The notes below the pieces were generated by a model. That model made no database searches. It had not been told where the DNA came from and was given only the letters and a program-made list of their open reading frames with translations. The translations under genes were made by a program, and so were the position numbers. From positions 9,987 through 73,986 of the forward strand of contig JASGMJ010000022.1 in NCBI GenBank assembly GCA_030156535.1: a stretch of DNA of 64,000 nt, written 5' to 3'. The stretch comes from Candidatus Sumerlaeota bacterium (GTDB lineage Bacteria; Sumerlaeota; Sumerlaeia; SLMS01; JAHLLQ01). Each line of letters opens with the position of its first letter. The first letter of the stretch is position 1. Shown here piece by piece: positions 25,307-34,704 of this stretch.

Positions 25307-26647
25307 CTACGGACTGGCGATGACGACACGGAAGCCCAAGGTGTTCAGCCGGGCGTCTGGGTACATACCCTTCTGCGACGCGGACTGCAGGTCTAGCGGG
25401 ACATCGTCCCACGAACCACTGCGGCGAACGCGGAGCGACCCACTATCGGGACCCTTGGGGTCTGTCACACTCCCACCTGGGTAGTTCCCCAACCAGTCCA
25501 TGCACCATTCCCACACGTTGCCGTGCATGTCGTGCAGGCCCCACGCGTTGGGCCGCCTGCCGCGCACCGGCTTGGCCTGGCCGCCCGAATTCGACTCGTA
25601 CCACGCGTGGTTTCCCAGCGCCGAGTCGCTGTCCCCAAACGAAAAGTGCGTCTTTGTCCCGGCGCGGCAAGCGTACTCCCATTGCGCCTCGGTGGGCAAC
25701 GACACGCGCAGGTCGGCCCGTTGTCCGAGTCGCCTGGCGAAGTCGTCGCTCTCCAGTGCGGTCACGCAATACATGGGGAAGTCGGGCCCCTCGCCCCACG
25801 ACTTGGAGGAGTCGATTGGGGCAAAAGGATCCACGGGTTTCATCTGCTCGAGGCTGGTGCCCATGATGATCCGCCACTGCTCTTGCGTGGTCTCCGTCTC
25901 CGCCATCCAGAACCCCCGCGTCAGGGTCACCCGCGTTTGCGGCCCCCCGCAGCCGTCCTCGGGGGAGCCCATAAGGAAGGTCCCCGGGGGGATCCAGCGA
26001 AAGTACATGAACTCCCGCCCACCCAGGATCATCGGCCACCGTTGCCCCGCGCTTGGGTTCGGTGGCGGAGAGGAACGTTCCACCGGGCCCTGCTTCCAGT
26101 CAGAAGCGACGAAGTCCGCCACATCGGCGGAGTGGACAAGTTCAGCGTCGACACCGCAGGAGACCGGCACACGGAATTCGGCGGTTTTCTCTCCCTCCGT
26201 CACGCTGCCGGCGGCGAAGTGGATCGTCCGGCGGACAAAAAAAACGTGGACTTGGCCCGGATCGGGTGCGGGCAGGGTGACGGACTTCTCAGACGTGATG
26301 CTGTGCGAACGGCTGACCTCCTGCATCACCATCCGCTCGGCGGAGGTGGACCAGTTCTTTCCGGTTTCCGCGCCGCCGTGGAAGATGACGCCGACCCCGG
26401 CGTTTGCCCCGGCATAGCTGCCCGACTGGGACCCTTCGCTGCTGCCCGTCGCGCTGGCGCGCCCCATCGCCCCGCTGATGCTGACGTTTTCGGTCTTTGA
26501 CAGCGGCGCGCCGTCGTTGCGGACGACCACGCATTCGACAGTGGTCTCGCTCACCAGATTGTCGCGCAGGCGGACCTGCGCGGGCAGCCATCCGGTAAGC
26601 AACAGGCTCATACAGAGGATCAGGGGGATCGTGCGATTAAGGGTCAT
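25307..26647 (-). CDS. Secreted FGE-sulfatase (SUMF1/EgtB/PvdO-type) domain protein with unknown ~200-aa N-terminal domain
   Basis: Signal peptide MTLNRTIPLILCMSLLLTGWLPAQ. C-terminal half RWIPPGTFLMGSPED...TQEQW...RLPTEAQWEYACRAGT...WGLHDMHGNVWEWCMDW...RVRRSGSW matches the FGE-sulfatase family pattern. Confidence 0.85.
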   Translation of the reverse strand: MTLNRTIPLILCMSLLLTGWLPAQVRLRDNLVSETTVECVVVRNDGAPLSKTENVSISGAMGRASATGSSEGSQSGSYAGANAGVGVIFHGGAETGKNWSTSAERMVMQEVSRSHSITSEKSVTLPAPDPGQVHVFFVRRTIHFAAGSVTEGEKTAEFRVPVSCGVDAELVHSADVADFVASDWKQGPVERSSPPPNPSAGQRWPMILGGREFMYFRWIPPGTFLMGSPEDGCGGPQTRVTLTRGFWMAETETTQEQWRIIMGTSLEQMKPVDPFAPIDSSKSWGEGPDFPMYCVTALESDDFARRLGQRADLRVSLPTEAQWEYACRAGTKTHFSFGDSDSALGNHAWYESNSGGQAKPVRGRRPNAWGLHDMHGNVWEWCMDWLGNYPGGSVTDPKGPDSGSLRVRRSGSWDDVPLDLQSASQKGMYPDARLNTLGFRVVIASP

Positions 26648-26903
26648 GGGGGACCAGTTCCTCGTCTAGAATAGCACCAGTGAACGGTATGTCTTCTTTT
26701 GTGTCAATAACGGGATAGATGAGAGGCGCCATGGCCAACTCGCACTCCTCTTGCAACCTTGCCAATACGCTTGCGGTCTCCTTTATTTCCACTTTTTACT
26801 ATCCCCACCCCGAGGCCGTCGGATTTGACGGCCCCAGCGGCGTGAAGTGCGCACTCCTTCCGGCGCCTCATTGACGAATGCCCCCGCACCCCACAGGAGC
26901 ACC

Positions 26904-29642
26904 ATGACCCGCTACGATTGCCACGTCATCTCGAACACCCACTGGGACCGCGAATGGCGCTACCCGTTCCAGGCCTATCGCACCGATCTGGTCGATCTGC
27001 TTGATCGCCTGCTCGATCTGTTGGAGCGGCGCCCGGATTATCGCGCGTTCTTTCTCGACAGCCAGACGGTGATCCTGGAGGACTACCTGGAAATTCGGCC
27101 GGAGAACGAGGAGCGCATCCGCGCGCTGGTGCTCGCCGACCGCTTGCAGATCGGGCCGTGGTACACGTTGCCCGACGAGTGGGGGTGCCCGGGCGAGGCG
27201 CTCGTGCGCAACCTGCTGCTGGGGCATCGCCAGGCGCGCGCCTTTGGCCGCGTTGCCAAGGTGGGCTACACGCCGTTCTCCAACGGCCAGATTTCCCAGC
27301 TCCCACAGTTGTACATGGGCTTCGGGATTGATTCGTGTTTCTTCTACCGCGGCGTGGGCAAGCACGTGGCCAAGCCCGAGTTCGTGTGGGAGGGCGCGGA
27401 CGACACGCGGGTCTTCGCCTTCAAGTTCGGGGACTACGCGCGCTACAACTACTACTATCTGGCGTACCGGCCGGGTCTGCTGGGCCGCACGATCAAGGAT
27501 CGCGACTACACGTGGGACCCCGACGAGGTGCCCTACCACGTGGCGAATTCCACGGTGTCGCTGGACCGGCAGTACGGCTGGCTCGAGCAGAAGCTGTTCG
27601 TGCGCGAGGACAAGATCGCCGAGGCGCTCGCCGACACGCGCAAGTTCACGGCCGACGACGCCCAGACGAGCCAGTTGCTCTACATGATGGGGCACGATCA
27701 CAGCGCGGCGGCGGAGGAGGAACTCGATCTCGTCGAGGCGCTCGACAAGGCCGCACGCCCCTCGGGCGACCGCATTCTGCACAGCGCGCTGACCGATTAC
27801 ATGGAGGCTTTCCGCAAGGAGGCCCGCGACCTCGCCGTCCTCAAGGGCGAGATGCGGCACGTCAACAAGGAGGGCCTTTGGACGAACCTCATGGGCCATA
27901 TCCTTTCCTGCCGCCTGTATCTGAAGCAGCGTAACGCCAAGGTGTGTGCGGACATTCTGCACGGCGCCGAACCGCTTGCCGCGATGGCGTGGATGACGGG
28001 GTGGGAGTGGCCCGCCGGGTTCCTGAACGTGGCGTGGAAGAAGATTCTGATCAATCACGCGCACGACGCAATTGGCGGATGCAGCACCGACCGCGTGCAC
28101 GAGGAGATGCTGGCGCGGTGGGGCGAGGTGGAAACGCTGGGCGAGGAGTTGTGCCGCCGTGCGATGCGCGACATGGTGAAGCGCATCGACGGGTCGGCGC
28201 TGCGCCGCGAGGACTTGCAGCTCACCGTCTTCAACACGCTCCCCTTCGAGCGCCGCGAGCTTGCCGATCTGTGGATCGACCTGCCGCACCAGGAGGCCGG
28301 GACGCCGTTCCGTCTGGAAACATCCGGTGGCGCCGAAGTTGCCTACCAGGTCCTCGACACTGGGTCGTACAAGGCGAGCATTGAAGGCCAGTTGGAACTG
28401 ACGATGCCGTTCCGCGTGCAGCGCGCGCGTGCCCTCGTGGAGGTGCCCGCCGCGCCGGCGTGCGGGTACGAGGTGCTGACCGTTCGCATCGGCGAGAAGC
28501 CGGCCGCCATCGCCAACGGAATCGTTGCATCGCCGAACGCGCTCGAGAACGAGCACCTGCGCGTGACGTTCAACGGCAACGGCACGTTCGATCTGACGGA
28601 CAAGGCGAGCGGCCGCACGATGAAGGGCCTCGGACTGCTGGAGGACACCGCCGAGTTTGGCGACCCGTGGAACCGCGAGGTTCCCGCGCGCGCCAAGCCG
28701 ATTCTCTCGCGTGGATGCAAGGCCACGATTACGGTGCTTCGCGACGGACCGCTGGTCGGGACGCTGCGCGCGACGTACAGCTTCTCCGTCCCCAAGGGGC
28801 GCGATGGCGACAAGCGCAGCAGCAAGCGCGTTGCCCTGCCCGTCACGGTGGACGTGTCGCTGCGGCGCGGCGAACGTTTCCTCGGTGTCGAAGCCGAACT
28901 CGACAATCGGGCCACGGATCATCGCCTGCGCATGTTGTTTCCCACCGGTATCGCGAAGGCCACCGAGGCGACGGCGGACAGCCAGTTCGACGTGGTCCAA
29001 CGCCCCATTGAATTGCCCAACGCCAAGGGATGGCGCGAGGCACCGTACCCCACGCAGCCGATGTGGAACTGGGTGGATATCAGTGACGGCGAACAGGGCG
29101 CGGCAATCATCAACAACGGCCTGATCGAGTACGAAGCCGTGGACGACGCCGAGCGCACCGTGGCGATCACGTTGCTGCGGGGCTTTGGCAAGTTCGTCTT
29201 CTCGCGTCCCACACCCGGTTCGCAGTGCCTCGGCACGCGTCGCTATGCGTTCTGGATTCATCCCCACGCGGGTGATTGGCGGGAGAGCGACGTGGTGCGT
29301 TTGGCGCAGCGGCACGTTGTGCTGTTGCAGGGCGTGTTGTCGGCGCCGGGCAAGGGCACGCGGCCGCGCCGTGCCAGTTTCCTGAGCGTGACGGACGACC
29401 GCCTCATTGTCAGCGCGATCAAGCAGAGCGAGGACGGCAAGTCCGTCGTCGTGCGCCTGTGGAATCCGCGCGCGGAGACGATCAGCACACGGGTTGACTT
29501 CGAGGCGCCCGTTGCGAAAGCCACGCTTCTCACGCTCGAGGAGCTGGTGCAGGAAGAGCTCGCGCCCGCTGGCAACTCATTGACTCTTGCCGTGGGGCCG
29601 AAGAAGATCGTGACCCTCGCCGTGTCGTTGGCGGGAATGTGA
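26904..29642 (+). CDS. GH38 family glycoside hydrolase, cytoplasmic, paralog 2
   Basis: MTRYDCHVISNTHWDREWRYPFQ and DRLQIGPWYTLPDEW. AGGAG RBS before the ATG at 26904; the track ORF starts at 26847. Confidence 0.9.
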   Translation: MTRYDCHVISNTHWDREWRYPFQAYRTDLVDLLDRLLDLLERRPDYRAFFLDSQTVILEDYLEIRPENEERIRALVLADRLQIGPWYTLPDEWGCPGEALVRNLLLGHRQARAFGRVAKVGYTPFSNGQISQLPQLYMGFGIDSCFFYRGVGKHVAKPEFVWEGADDTRVFAFKFGDYARYNYYYLAYRPGLLGRTIKDRDYTWDPDEVPYHVANSTVSLDRQYGWLEQKLFVREDKIAEALADTRKFTADDAQTSQLLYMMGHDHSAAAEEELDLVEALDKAARPSGDRILHSALTDYMEAFRKEARDLAVLKGEMRHVNKEGLWTNLMGHILSCRLYLKQRNAKVCADILHGAEPLAAMAWMTGWEWPAGFLNVAWKKILINHAHDAIGGCSTDRVHEEMLARWGEVETLGEELCRRAMRDMVKRIDGSALRREDLQLTVFNTLPFERRELADLWIDLPHQEAGTPFRLETSGGAEVAYQVLDTGSYKASIEGQLELTMPFRVQRARALVEVPAAPACGYEVLTVRIGEKPAAIANGIVASPNALENEHLRVTFNGNGTFDLTDKASGRTMKGLGLLEDTAEFGDPWNREVPARAKPILSRGCKATITVLRDGPLVGTLRATYSFSVPKGRDGDKRSSKRVALPVTVDVSLRRGERFLGVEAELDNRATDHRLRMLFPTGIAKATEATADSQFDVVQRPIELPNAKGWREAPYPTQPMWNWVDISDGEQGAAIINNGLIEYEAVDDAERTVAITLLRGFGKFVFSRPTPGSQCLGTRRYAFWIHPHAGDWRESDVVRLAQRHVVLLQGVLSAPGKGTRPRRASFLSVTDDRLIVSAIKQSEDGKSVVVRLWNPRAETISTRVDFEAPVAKATLLTLEELVQEELAPAGNSLTLAVGPKKIVTLAVSLAGM

Positions 29643-29679
29643 TGCCCGTGGCCAACCCTGTCCCTGCGAGGAAGTAATC

Positions 29680-30690
29680 ATGAATTTGGGTACGTCCAAC
29701 CTCCCGATCCCGGGTATCGGGGTCATTCCTCCCGATGTATCCAGCGACTTTATCGAGGTCGCGCACACGTTCGACGGTTCCTTTGCGGCGGGACAGGAAG
29801 GCGTGCGCCGGATTTTGACGCCGCTGGACCGCAAGGTTGAGTTCATCGTCTTCGCGGACAAGACGCTGGCATACGTCAAGTCGGCGATGGGGTATCCGGC
29901 GCTGTACCCGTTGCTCGACGCGAGTTTTCGCGGCCCGGCCGATGCTGTGCTGATGGACCTCGACGGGACGAGCGTCCACAGCGAGGAGTTCTGGATCTGG
30001 ATCATCCAGCAATCCACGGCGCGCCTGCTGGATAATCCGAAGTTCGAGCTGGAGGACGAGGACCTGCCGCACGTCTCCGGTCACTCGGTCAGCGAGCACC
30101 TGCAATACTGCATCGGCAAGTACTGCCCCGACAAGAACGTCGAGGAGGCCCGCCGTCACTACTTCGCGATCACGCACCACGAGTTGGCGGAGATCGCGGC
30201 AGGGCGCGGACGGCCGAACGCGTTCAAGCCGACGCCGGGCCTCAAGGAATTCCTGCTCGAACTGAAGGCGAACAAGATCGCGATCGGGCTGGTGACGTCG
30301 GGACTCCATGAGAAGGCCTGGCCGGAGATTCTCTCGGCGTTCCGCACGATGGAACTGGGCGATCCACTGGAGTTCTACGACGCGATCATCAGCGCCGGGC
30401 ACGCCGTCCGCAAGGGGCAGGCGGGGACGCTGGGCGAACTCGCCCCCAAGCCGCACCCGTGGCTTTATGCGGAGACGGCGCGTATCGGGCTGGGTATTCC
30501 GGTGGAGCGGCGCCATCGCGTGATCGGGTTCGAGGACTCCTCGGCGGGCGTGGTGTCGATCCGGCTGGCGGGATTCGCGGCCGTGGGCGTCGGAGGCGGA
30601 AACATCGAGCGCAGTGGCGTGCGCCCGCTGCTGCATCGCGCGATCGGGACGCTGCCCGAGGCGCTGCCATTGGTGCTGGGGCGGGAGTAG
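29680..30690 (+). CDS. HAD-IA superfamily hydrolase (beta-phosphoglucomutase/phosphatase-like) with ~90-aa N-terminal extension
   Basis: HAD motif I MDLDGT, motif II LVTSG, motif III KPHPWLY, motif IV FEDSSAGVVSIRLAG. GAGGAAG RBS. Starts 37 nt after GH38 paralog 2. Confidence 0.8.
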   Translation: MNLGTSNLPIPGIGVIPPDVSSDFIEVAHTFDGSFAAGQEGVRRILTPLDRKVEFIVFADKTLAYVKSAMGYPALYPLLDASFRGPADAVLMDLDGTSVHSEEFWIWIIQQSTARLLDNPKFELEDEDLPHVSGHSVSEHLQYCIGKYCPDKNVEEARRHYFAITHHELAEIAAGRGRPNAFKPTPGLKEFLLELKANKIAIGLVTSGLHEKAWPEILSAFRTMELGDPLEFYDAIISAGHAVRKGQAGTLGELAPKPHPWLYAETARIGLGIPVERRHRVIGFEDSSAGVVSIRLAGFAAVGVGGGNIERSGVRPLLHRAIGTLPEALPLVLGRE

Positions 30691-30709
30691 GAAGTACGCG
30701 CCTGATTCG

Positions 30710-31876
30710 TTATTCGGCAAGCCCGTGCAATAATTTCCGTGCCGTTGTTTCGTAGAACTCCCGCTCCTCGTCGAGGCGGCCGGGCGTGGTTCGTTCGCTC
30801 CCTTTGTCCAGGCGGCGCGAACGCATGGAGAGCTTCTCCAGTGCCAGCAACAATTCGAGCGCGTGCGTCAGGGTGTCGTCTGCTGCCGTTCCGTAGGCGC
30901 GCAGGAACGTCTCGTACTGCGCGTGCGGCGTCAGCCAGCGGCGCAGCCCGGCGAAGTCCTCGGCCGGATGCCCGAAGCGCACCGTCTGGAAGTCGATCCA
31001 GGTGATCGTGCCATCGGGCGCGCACAGGAAGTTGCCGGGGTTCATGTCGCCATGCACCAGACGGGGGCGCCCGAAATGGCTCCGGGCGATGGTCTGGCCG
31101 ATGGTGCCGAGGACACTGCGTACCTCAGCGGGTTCGAACGTTCCGAGGCCATAGCGCGCGGCGCGTTGCCCGAGCGCGGCGAGGCGGCGCGTCCATTCGC
31201 GTGCGGGATCGGGCGAGCGGCGGCCGCGCCACGGCTTGCCCCACGCGGCGCCGTCGACGGCGTGCAGACGCGCGATCTGCCGAGCCAGGCGCTCGAGCAG
31301 TTGCGCATCGACAGGTTTGCCGGGGTCGGGATAGGCGCCCGGTGCCTCGCGTTCGATGACGAATTCGCCCCGGTAGCGCCGCCGCGAGGCAAACGAATCG
31401 TCCCACAGCAGCACCTGGGGCACCGTGAGTCCCGCGCGTCCGAGCAGGACGCCTGCTTCCACGTGATCACGCGCCCGGCGGGCGGGAACGGAGTACGGCC
31501 ACGCGCGCACGATCAGCGGCCCGTGGCGTTCGTGCCGCCAGCGAAAGACGAGCGACTGGCGCCCGACGGCGATGCGTTCGAGCTCCGCCGAGGCCGTCTC
31601 CCACTCGACGCTTTCGGCGGCGAGGACGGAGGCGAATTCCTGCGTGCGGCGGGCGAGGCGCTTGGTGCTCGTCGGCGGCAGCGCGGTGTGGTTGATCCAC
31701 TTCCAGACACGGCAGAGCGGGTTGTTGGAGGAAAGCGCCACGATGGGGGAGAGACTCGCCGGGGAATGCGTTGGCGCGGGGCTTGTGCCCGCCGCGCTCA
31801 ACGCAAAGCGATTCCCCACGGGCGCCAGAGAGTCGAGCGGGTTCTTGCCCGGGATGCGGGCATCATGAGTCCGCAT
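30710..31876 (-). CDS. Aminoglycoside-phosphotransferase (APH)/choline-kinase-fold kinase, substrate unknown
   Basis: Catalytic loop LVHGDMNPGNFL and metal-binding WIDFQTVRFGHPAEDFA. The track ORF extends to 32203 but that part overlaps the FMN-reductase gene. The first ATG clear of it is 31876 (MRTHDARIPG...); the start remains uncertain. Confidence 0.7.
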   Translation of the reverse strand: MRTHDARIPGKNPLDSLAPVGNRFALSAAGTSPAPTHSPASLSPIVALSSNNPLCRVWKWINHTALPPTSTKRLARRTQEFASVLAAESVEWETASAELERIAVGRQSLVFRWRHERHGPLIVRAWPYSVPARRARDHVEAGVLLGRAGLTVPQVLLWDDSFASRRRYRGEFVIEREAPGAYPDPGKPVDAQLLERLARQIARLHAVDGAAWGKPWRGRRSPDPAREWTRRLAALGQRAARYGLGTFEPAEVRSVLGTIGQTIARSHFGRPRLVHGDMNPGNFLCAPDGTITWIDFQTVRFGHPAEDFAGLRRWLTPHAQYETFLRAYGTAADDTLTHALELLLALEKLSMRSRRLDKGSERTTPGRLDEEREFYETTARKLLHGLAE

Positions 31877-31958
31877 CCTCCCAGACAGGAGTTCGTCCGG
31901 CCCGCAGCGGCCCCGTTGAGGCAGTGCCGCTCTGTTCCGGCACACCCACTTCTTCCGT

Positions 31959-32513
31959 TCACCCCTTTGCCGCGATCCCCTGCAGGCGTTGGGTGAAGTT
32001 GGCGAAGCCCTTGGTCTGCTCCCTGAGCATTTCAAGATGCTTCTCGGACGTGAGATTGCCTTCGGCGTCGAGCTTGTTGCCCACGCCTTCGATGAACACG
32101 CGCTTGGGATAAAAGAAGGCATTCCGGTAGCCGAAAACGAGCTGGAGCATTTCAACGGGGCGGAGGGCTCCCCACACACCCGCGGCTTCGCCAGTAAAGG
32201 CAACGGGGCGGCTCTCGAAGCTCTCGGGGAACTTGAGCATGTCGATGAAGTATTTCAGGACGCCGGGAAAGCCGCCGTTGTATTCGGGGGTGACGATGTG
32301 GAGGCCGTCGGCCTGCAGGACGCGGTTCTGGAAGGGAAGAAAGGAGTCGGGCTTCTTGGCGTAGGAGGCAGGGGAGAAAATCTCCGGCGGCAGGTCCTGG
32401 AGATTGAGAATGGCGCTCTCCACGCCCTGCTCGTCGTAGAGCTTCTTGATAAGGCGGGAAATCTTCAGGGCGTTGCAGTCCGGGCGATTCGTCCCGGAAA
32501 TGATTTCGATCAT
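31959..32513 (-). CDS. NAD(P)H-dependent FMN reductase family oxidoreductase
   Basis: MIEIISGTNRPDCNALKISRLI...LHIVTPEYNGGFPGVLKYFIDML is characteristic of the FMN_red family. AAGAGG RBS before the ATG at 32513. Confidence 0.85.
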   Translation of the reverse strand: MIEIISGTNRPDCNALKISRLIKKLYDEQGVESAILNLQDLPPEIFSPASYAKKPDSFLPFQNRVLQADGLHIVTPEYNGGFPGVLKYFIDMLKFPESFESRPVAFTGEAAGVWGALRPVEMLQLVFGYRNAFFYPKRVFIEGVGNKLDAEGNLTSEKHLEMLREQTKGFANFTQRLQGIAAKG

Positions 32514-32663
32514 CGTGAGACCTCTTGGAGAAGATGATCGGGGAGAAAGCAAGATCGGTGCAATATGCAGGCGGCGGGATGCCGGTCAGGAAATGGCGAG
32601 AAAATCGTCAGGACTGTGCTTGCTCCTCGCCGGGATTCCCATGGCACTGTCGCTTCTTACGCC

Positions 32664-33620
32664 ATGAGCCGTCTTGCCCCCAAATTGCTGGAATCAATCG
32701 CCTTGGAGCGCATCACTCCCCTGCTGGGGGAGAGCGGTGTGCCACAATTTGCGCTGCCCACGCGGGGCAACAACAGCGAGGTCTATCTCCTGAGCTACCC
32801 TTCCGGGACGGGAGCGGTGCTGCGTGCCTTTACGGATCGGCACGAATACCGGCGTTATCGGCGCGCCATGTCCTGGGCCTCGCGTCACGACGCACCGGTG
32901 CCTCGGTTGCTGGGGTGCTGGGGCAGTCCGGCGTGCATTCGCCGCTGGGGGCGGCTGTTTTGTCTGGAGGAATTCGTCGACGGGCCGCTGGCGGAGGAAT
33001 GCGACCTCGGGGATCCTGCGGTGCAGGGGGCGATTCTGGACGCGGCGGCCCGGCTGCACGACAAGATCGTTCCCGCCGACGGTGTCTGGACGCGTCTGCG
33101 CTACCATCCCCCGCGCCAGCCCTACCTGCTCGCACGCGCGCTCAAATATCTGGCGGAAATCCCGCCCTCGTCGCCGGTGTTCTCACCGGCTGAACGCCAG
33201 CACATCGAGTGCCGTCTGGCCGAAAGCGCTGCCGCGATTCCCCGCCAGAAGGTGTTCTCGCTGGTTCATCACCACCTCGCGGCCGACGACATTGCGTTGT
33301 GGCGCGACGGGCGCGGGGCAGTGGTGCTCGACAACGGCGGGCTGCGCTTCGGCCATTGGGGGCACGATCTTGAGGACGTTCTGGCGTTTCTCGACGGAAA
33401 CGACGTGGAGCAGCGCCGCCGCCTGATCGCGCTGTATCTGGAGCGCCGCACCACCCTTCCCGCGTCGTTCCCCTACGAGCCCATGGAGACGTTCTTCCAG
33501 GCGGACCGGCATCTGAAGAAGCTCCGTTCCTGGGTGCGCAAGCTCGGCCCGGATCCCGGCGCTCCGCTGTCCGAGCAGGTCGAAACCCACCGCAGCGCGC
33601 TGCTGCGCCTGCTGGCCTAG
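32664..33620 (+). CDS. APH-fold protein paralogous to 30710..31876 but with substituted catalytic residues (probable pseudokinase)
   Basis: Where the paralog has LVHGDMNPGNF / WIDFQTVRFGH, this ORF has LVHHHLAADDI / VLDNGGLRFGH. The catalytic Asp and Asn of H-x-D-x4-N and the DFx Asp are replaced. Start taken at the ATG at 32664 (MSRLAPKLLE...). Confidence 0.65.
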   Translation: MSRLAPKLLESIALERITPLLGESGVPQFALPTRGNNSEVYLLSYPSGTGAVLRAFTDRHEYRRYRRAMSWASRHDAPVPRLLGCWGSPACIRRWGRLFCLEEFVDGPLAEECDLGDPAVQGAILDAAARLHDKIVPADGVWTRLRYHPPRQPYLLARALKYLAEIPPSSPVFSPAERQHIECRLAESAAAIPRQKVFSLVHHHLAADDIALWRDGRGAVVLDNGGLRFGHWGHDLEDVLAFLDGNDVEQRRRLIALYLERRTTLPASFPYEPMETFFQADRHLKKLRSWVRKLGPDPGAPLSEQVETHRSALLRLLA

Positions 33621-33730
33621 GGAGCGCACTCGTGTCCTCCGATGAAAGGGCCTGTACGGCGGGGCTTGACGCTCTGCCCCGTCATCCCGTCGCGTAGAGC
33701 GAGAGCATCCTCACGGCCAGGGCTTGTCTC

Positions 33731-34669
33731 ATGCAGATTACAGTCTCCCGCCTTCTCCAGGAGAAGGGCAAACAATTCGACCTGCGTATTGCCGCGGGGA
33801 GCAAGGGGCTGGACAATCCGATCGCCAGCAGCGAGCTCAACCGTCCGGGCCTGGCGTTTGCCGGTTTCCTGGACGTTTATACGCACGACCGCATTCAGAT
33901 CCTCGGGAACACGGAAGTCACGTTCCTGGCGAGCATGGAGGCGCGCCTGCGCCGCGAGCGCATTTCGGCGGCGCTGGAGTACGCACTGCCGTGCATCATC
34001 GTGACGACGGGGATCGAGCCGCCACCCGAGCTGCTGGAGATGTGCGAGGCACGCGGAATCCCGCTGCTCGTGACGTCGAACACGACGACGCGGCTGGCCA
34101 GCAACCTGACGTTTTATCTGGAACGCGTCTTTGCGCCCACGGAAACGGCGCACGGGGTGCTGGTGGACGTTTTTGGCGTGGGCCTGCTGATCATGGGGTC
34201 GGCCGGCGTCGGGAAATCGGAATGCGGCCTGGAACTGATCGAGCGCGGGCACCGGCTGGTGGCCGACGACGTGGTGATTCTCAAGCGTCTGGGGCGCAGT
34301 CTTCTGATGGGCTCGGCGGTCAGCAACGTGGCGCACCACATGGAAGTGCGCGGACTCGGAATCGTGGATGTCGAGCTTCTTTTTGGGGCCGGCTCGGTTC
34401 GTGATGAAAAAAAGATCGATTTGGTGGTGCGGCTTGAGCGGTGGAAAGAGGACACACTGGTTGACCGCCTCGGGATGGATGAGCACTTTCGCACGCTGTT
34501 AGGCGTTGAGGTTCGGGAATTTACGATTCCGGTGGAGCCGGGGCGGAACATCTCGATCCTGGTGGAAGTGGCCGCACTGCAATACCGCATCCACTCGCAG
34601 GGGCGCAACCCCGCCCAGGAACTCAACGAACGACTTATCAAGCACATGGCGCGGGCACGCCTCATCTGA
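33731..34669 (+). CDS. hprK: HPr kinase/phosphorylase
   Basis: Walker A GSAGVGKSECGLELIERGHRLVADD and signature HHMEVRGLGIVDV. 312 aa. Confidence 0.9.
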   Translation: MQITVSRLLQEKGKQFDLRIAAGSKGLDNPIASSELNRPGLAFAGFLDVYTHDRIQILGNTEVTFLASMEARLRRERISAALEYALPCIIVTTGIEPPPELLEMCEARGIPLLVTSNTTTRLASNLTFYLERVFAPTETAHGVLVDVFGVGLLIMGSAGVGKSECGLELIERGHRLVADDVVILKRLGRSLLMGSAVSNVAHHMEVRGLGIVDVELLFGAGSVRDEKKIDLVVRLERWKEDTLVDRLGMDEHFRTLLGVEVREFTIPVEPGRNISILVEVAALQYRIHSQGRNPAQELNERLIKHMARARLI

Positions 34670-34704
34670 TTGCGTGCCCGCCGCCCGACGACGAGATACC
34701 CTGC

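Noticed and set aside
22569-29315. Minus-strand ORFs of 756 aa (22569..24839) and 815 aa (26868..29315)
   Set aside because: They are antisense to the two GH38 genes, Arg/His/Pro-rich, and carry no motifs.
31877-32203. N-terminal 109 codons of the track ORF 30710..32203
   Set aside because: They overlap the well-supported FMN-reductase gene in another frame and are Ser/Pro/Cys-rich. The kinase probably starts at or after 31876.
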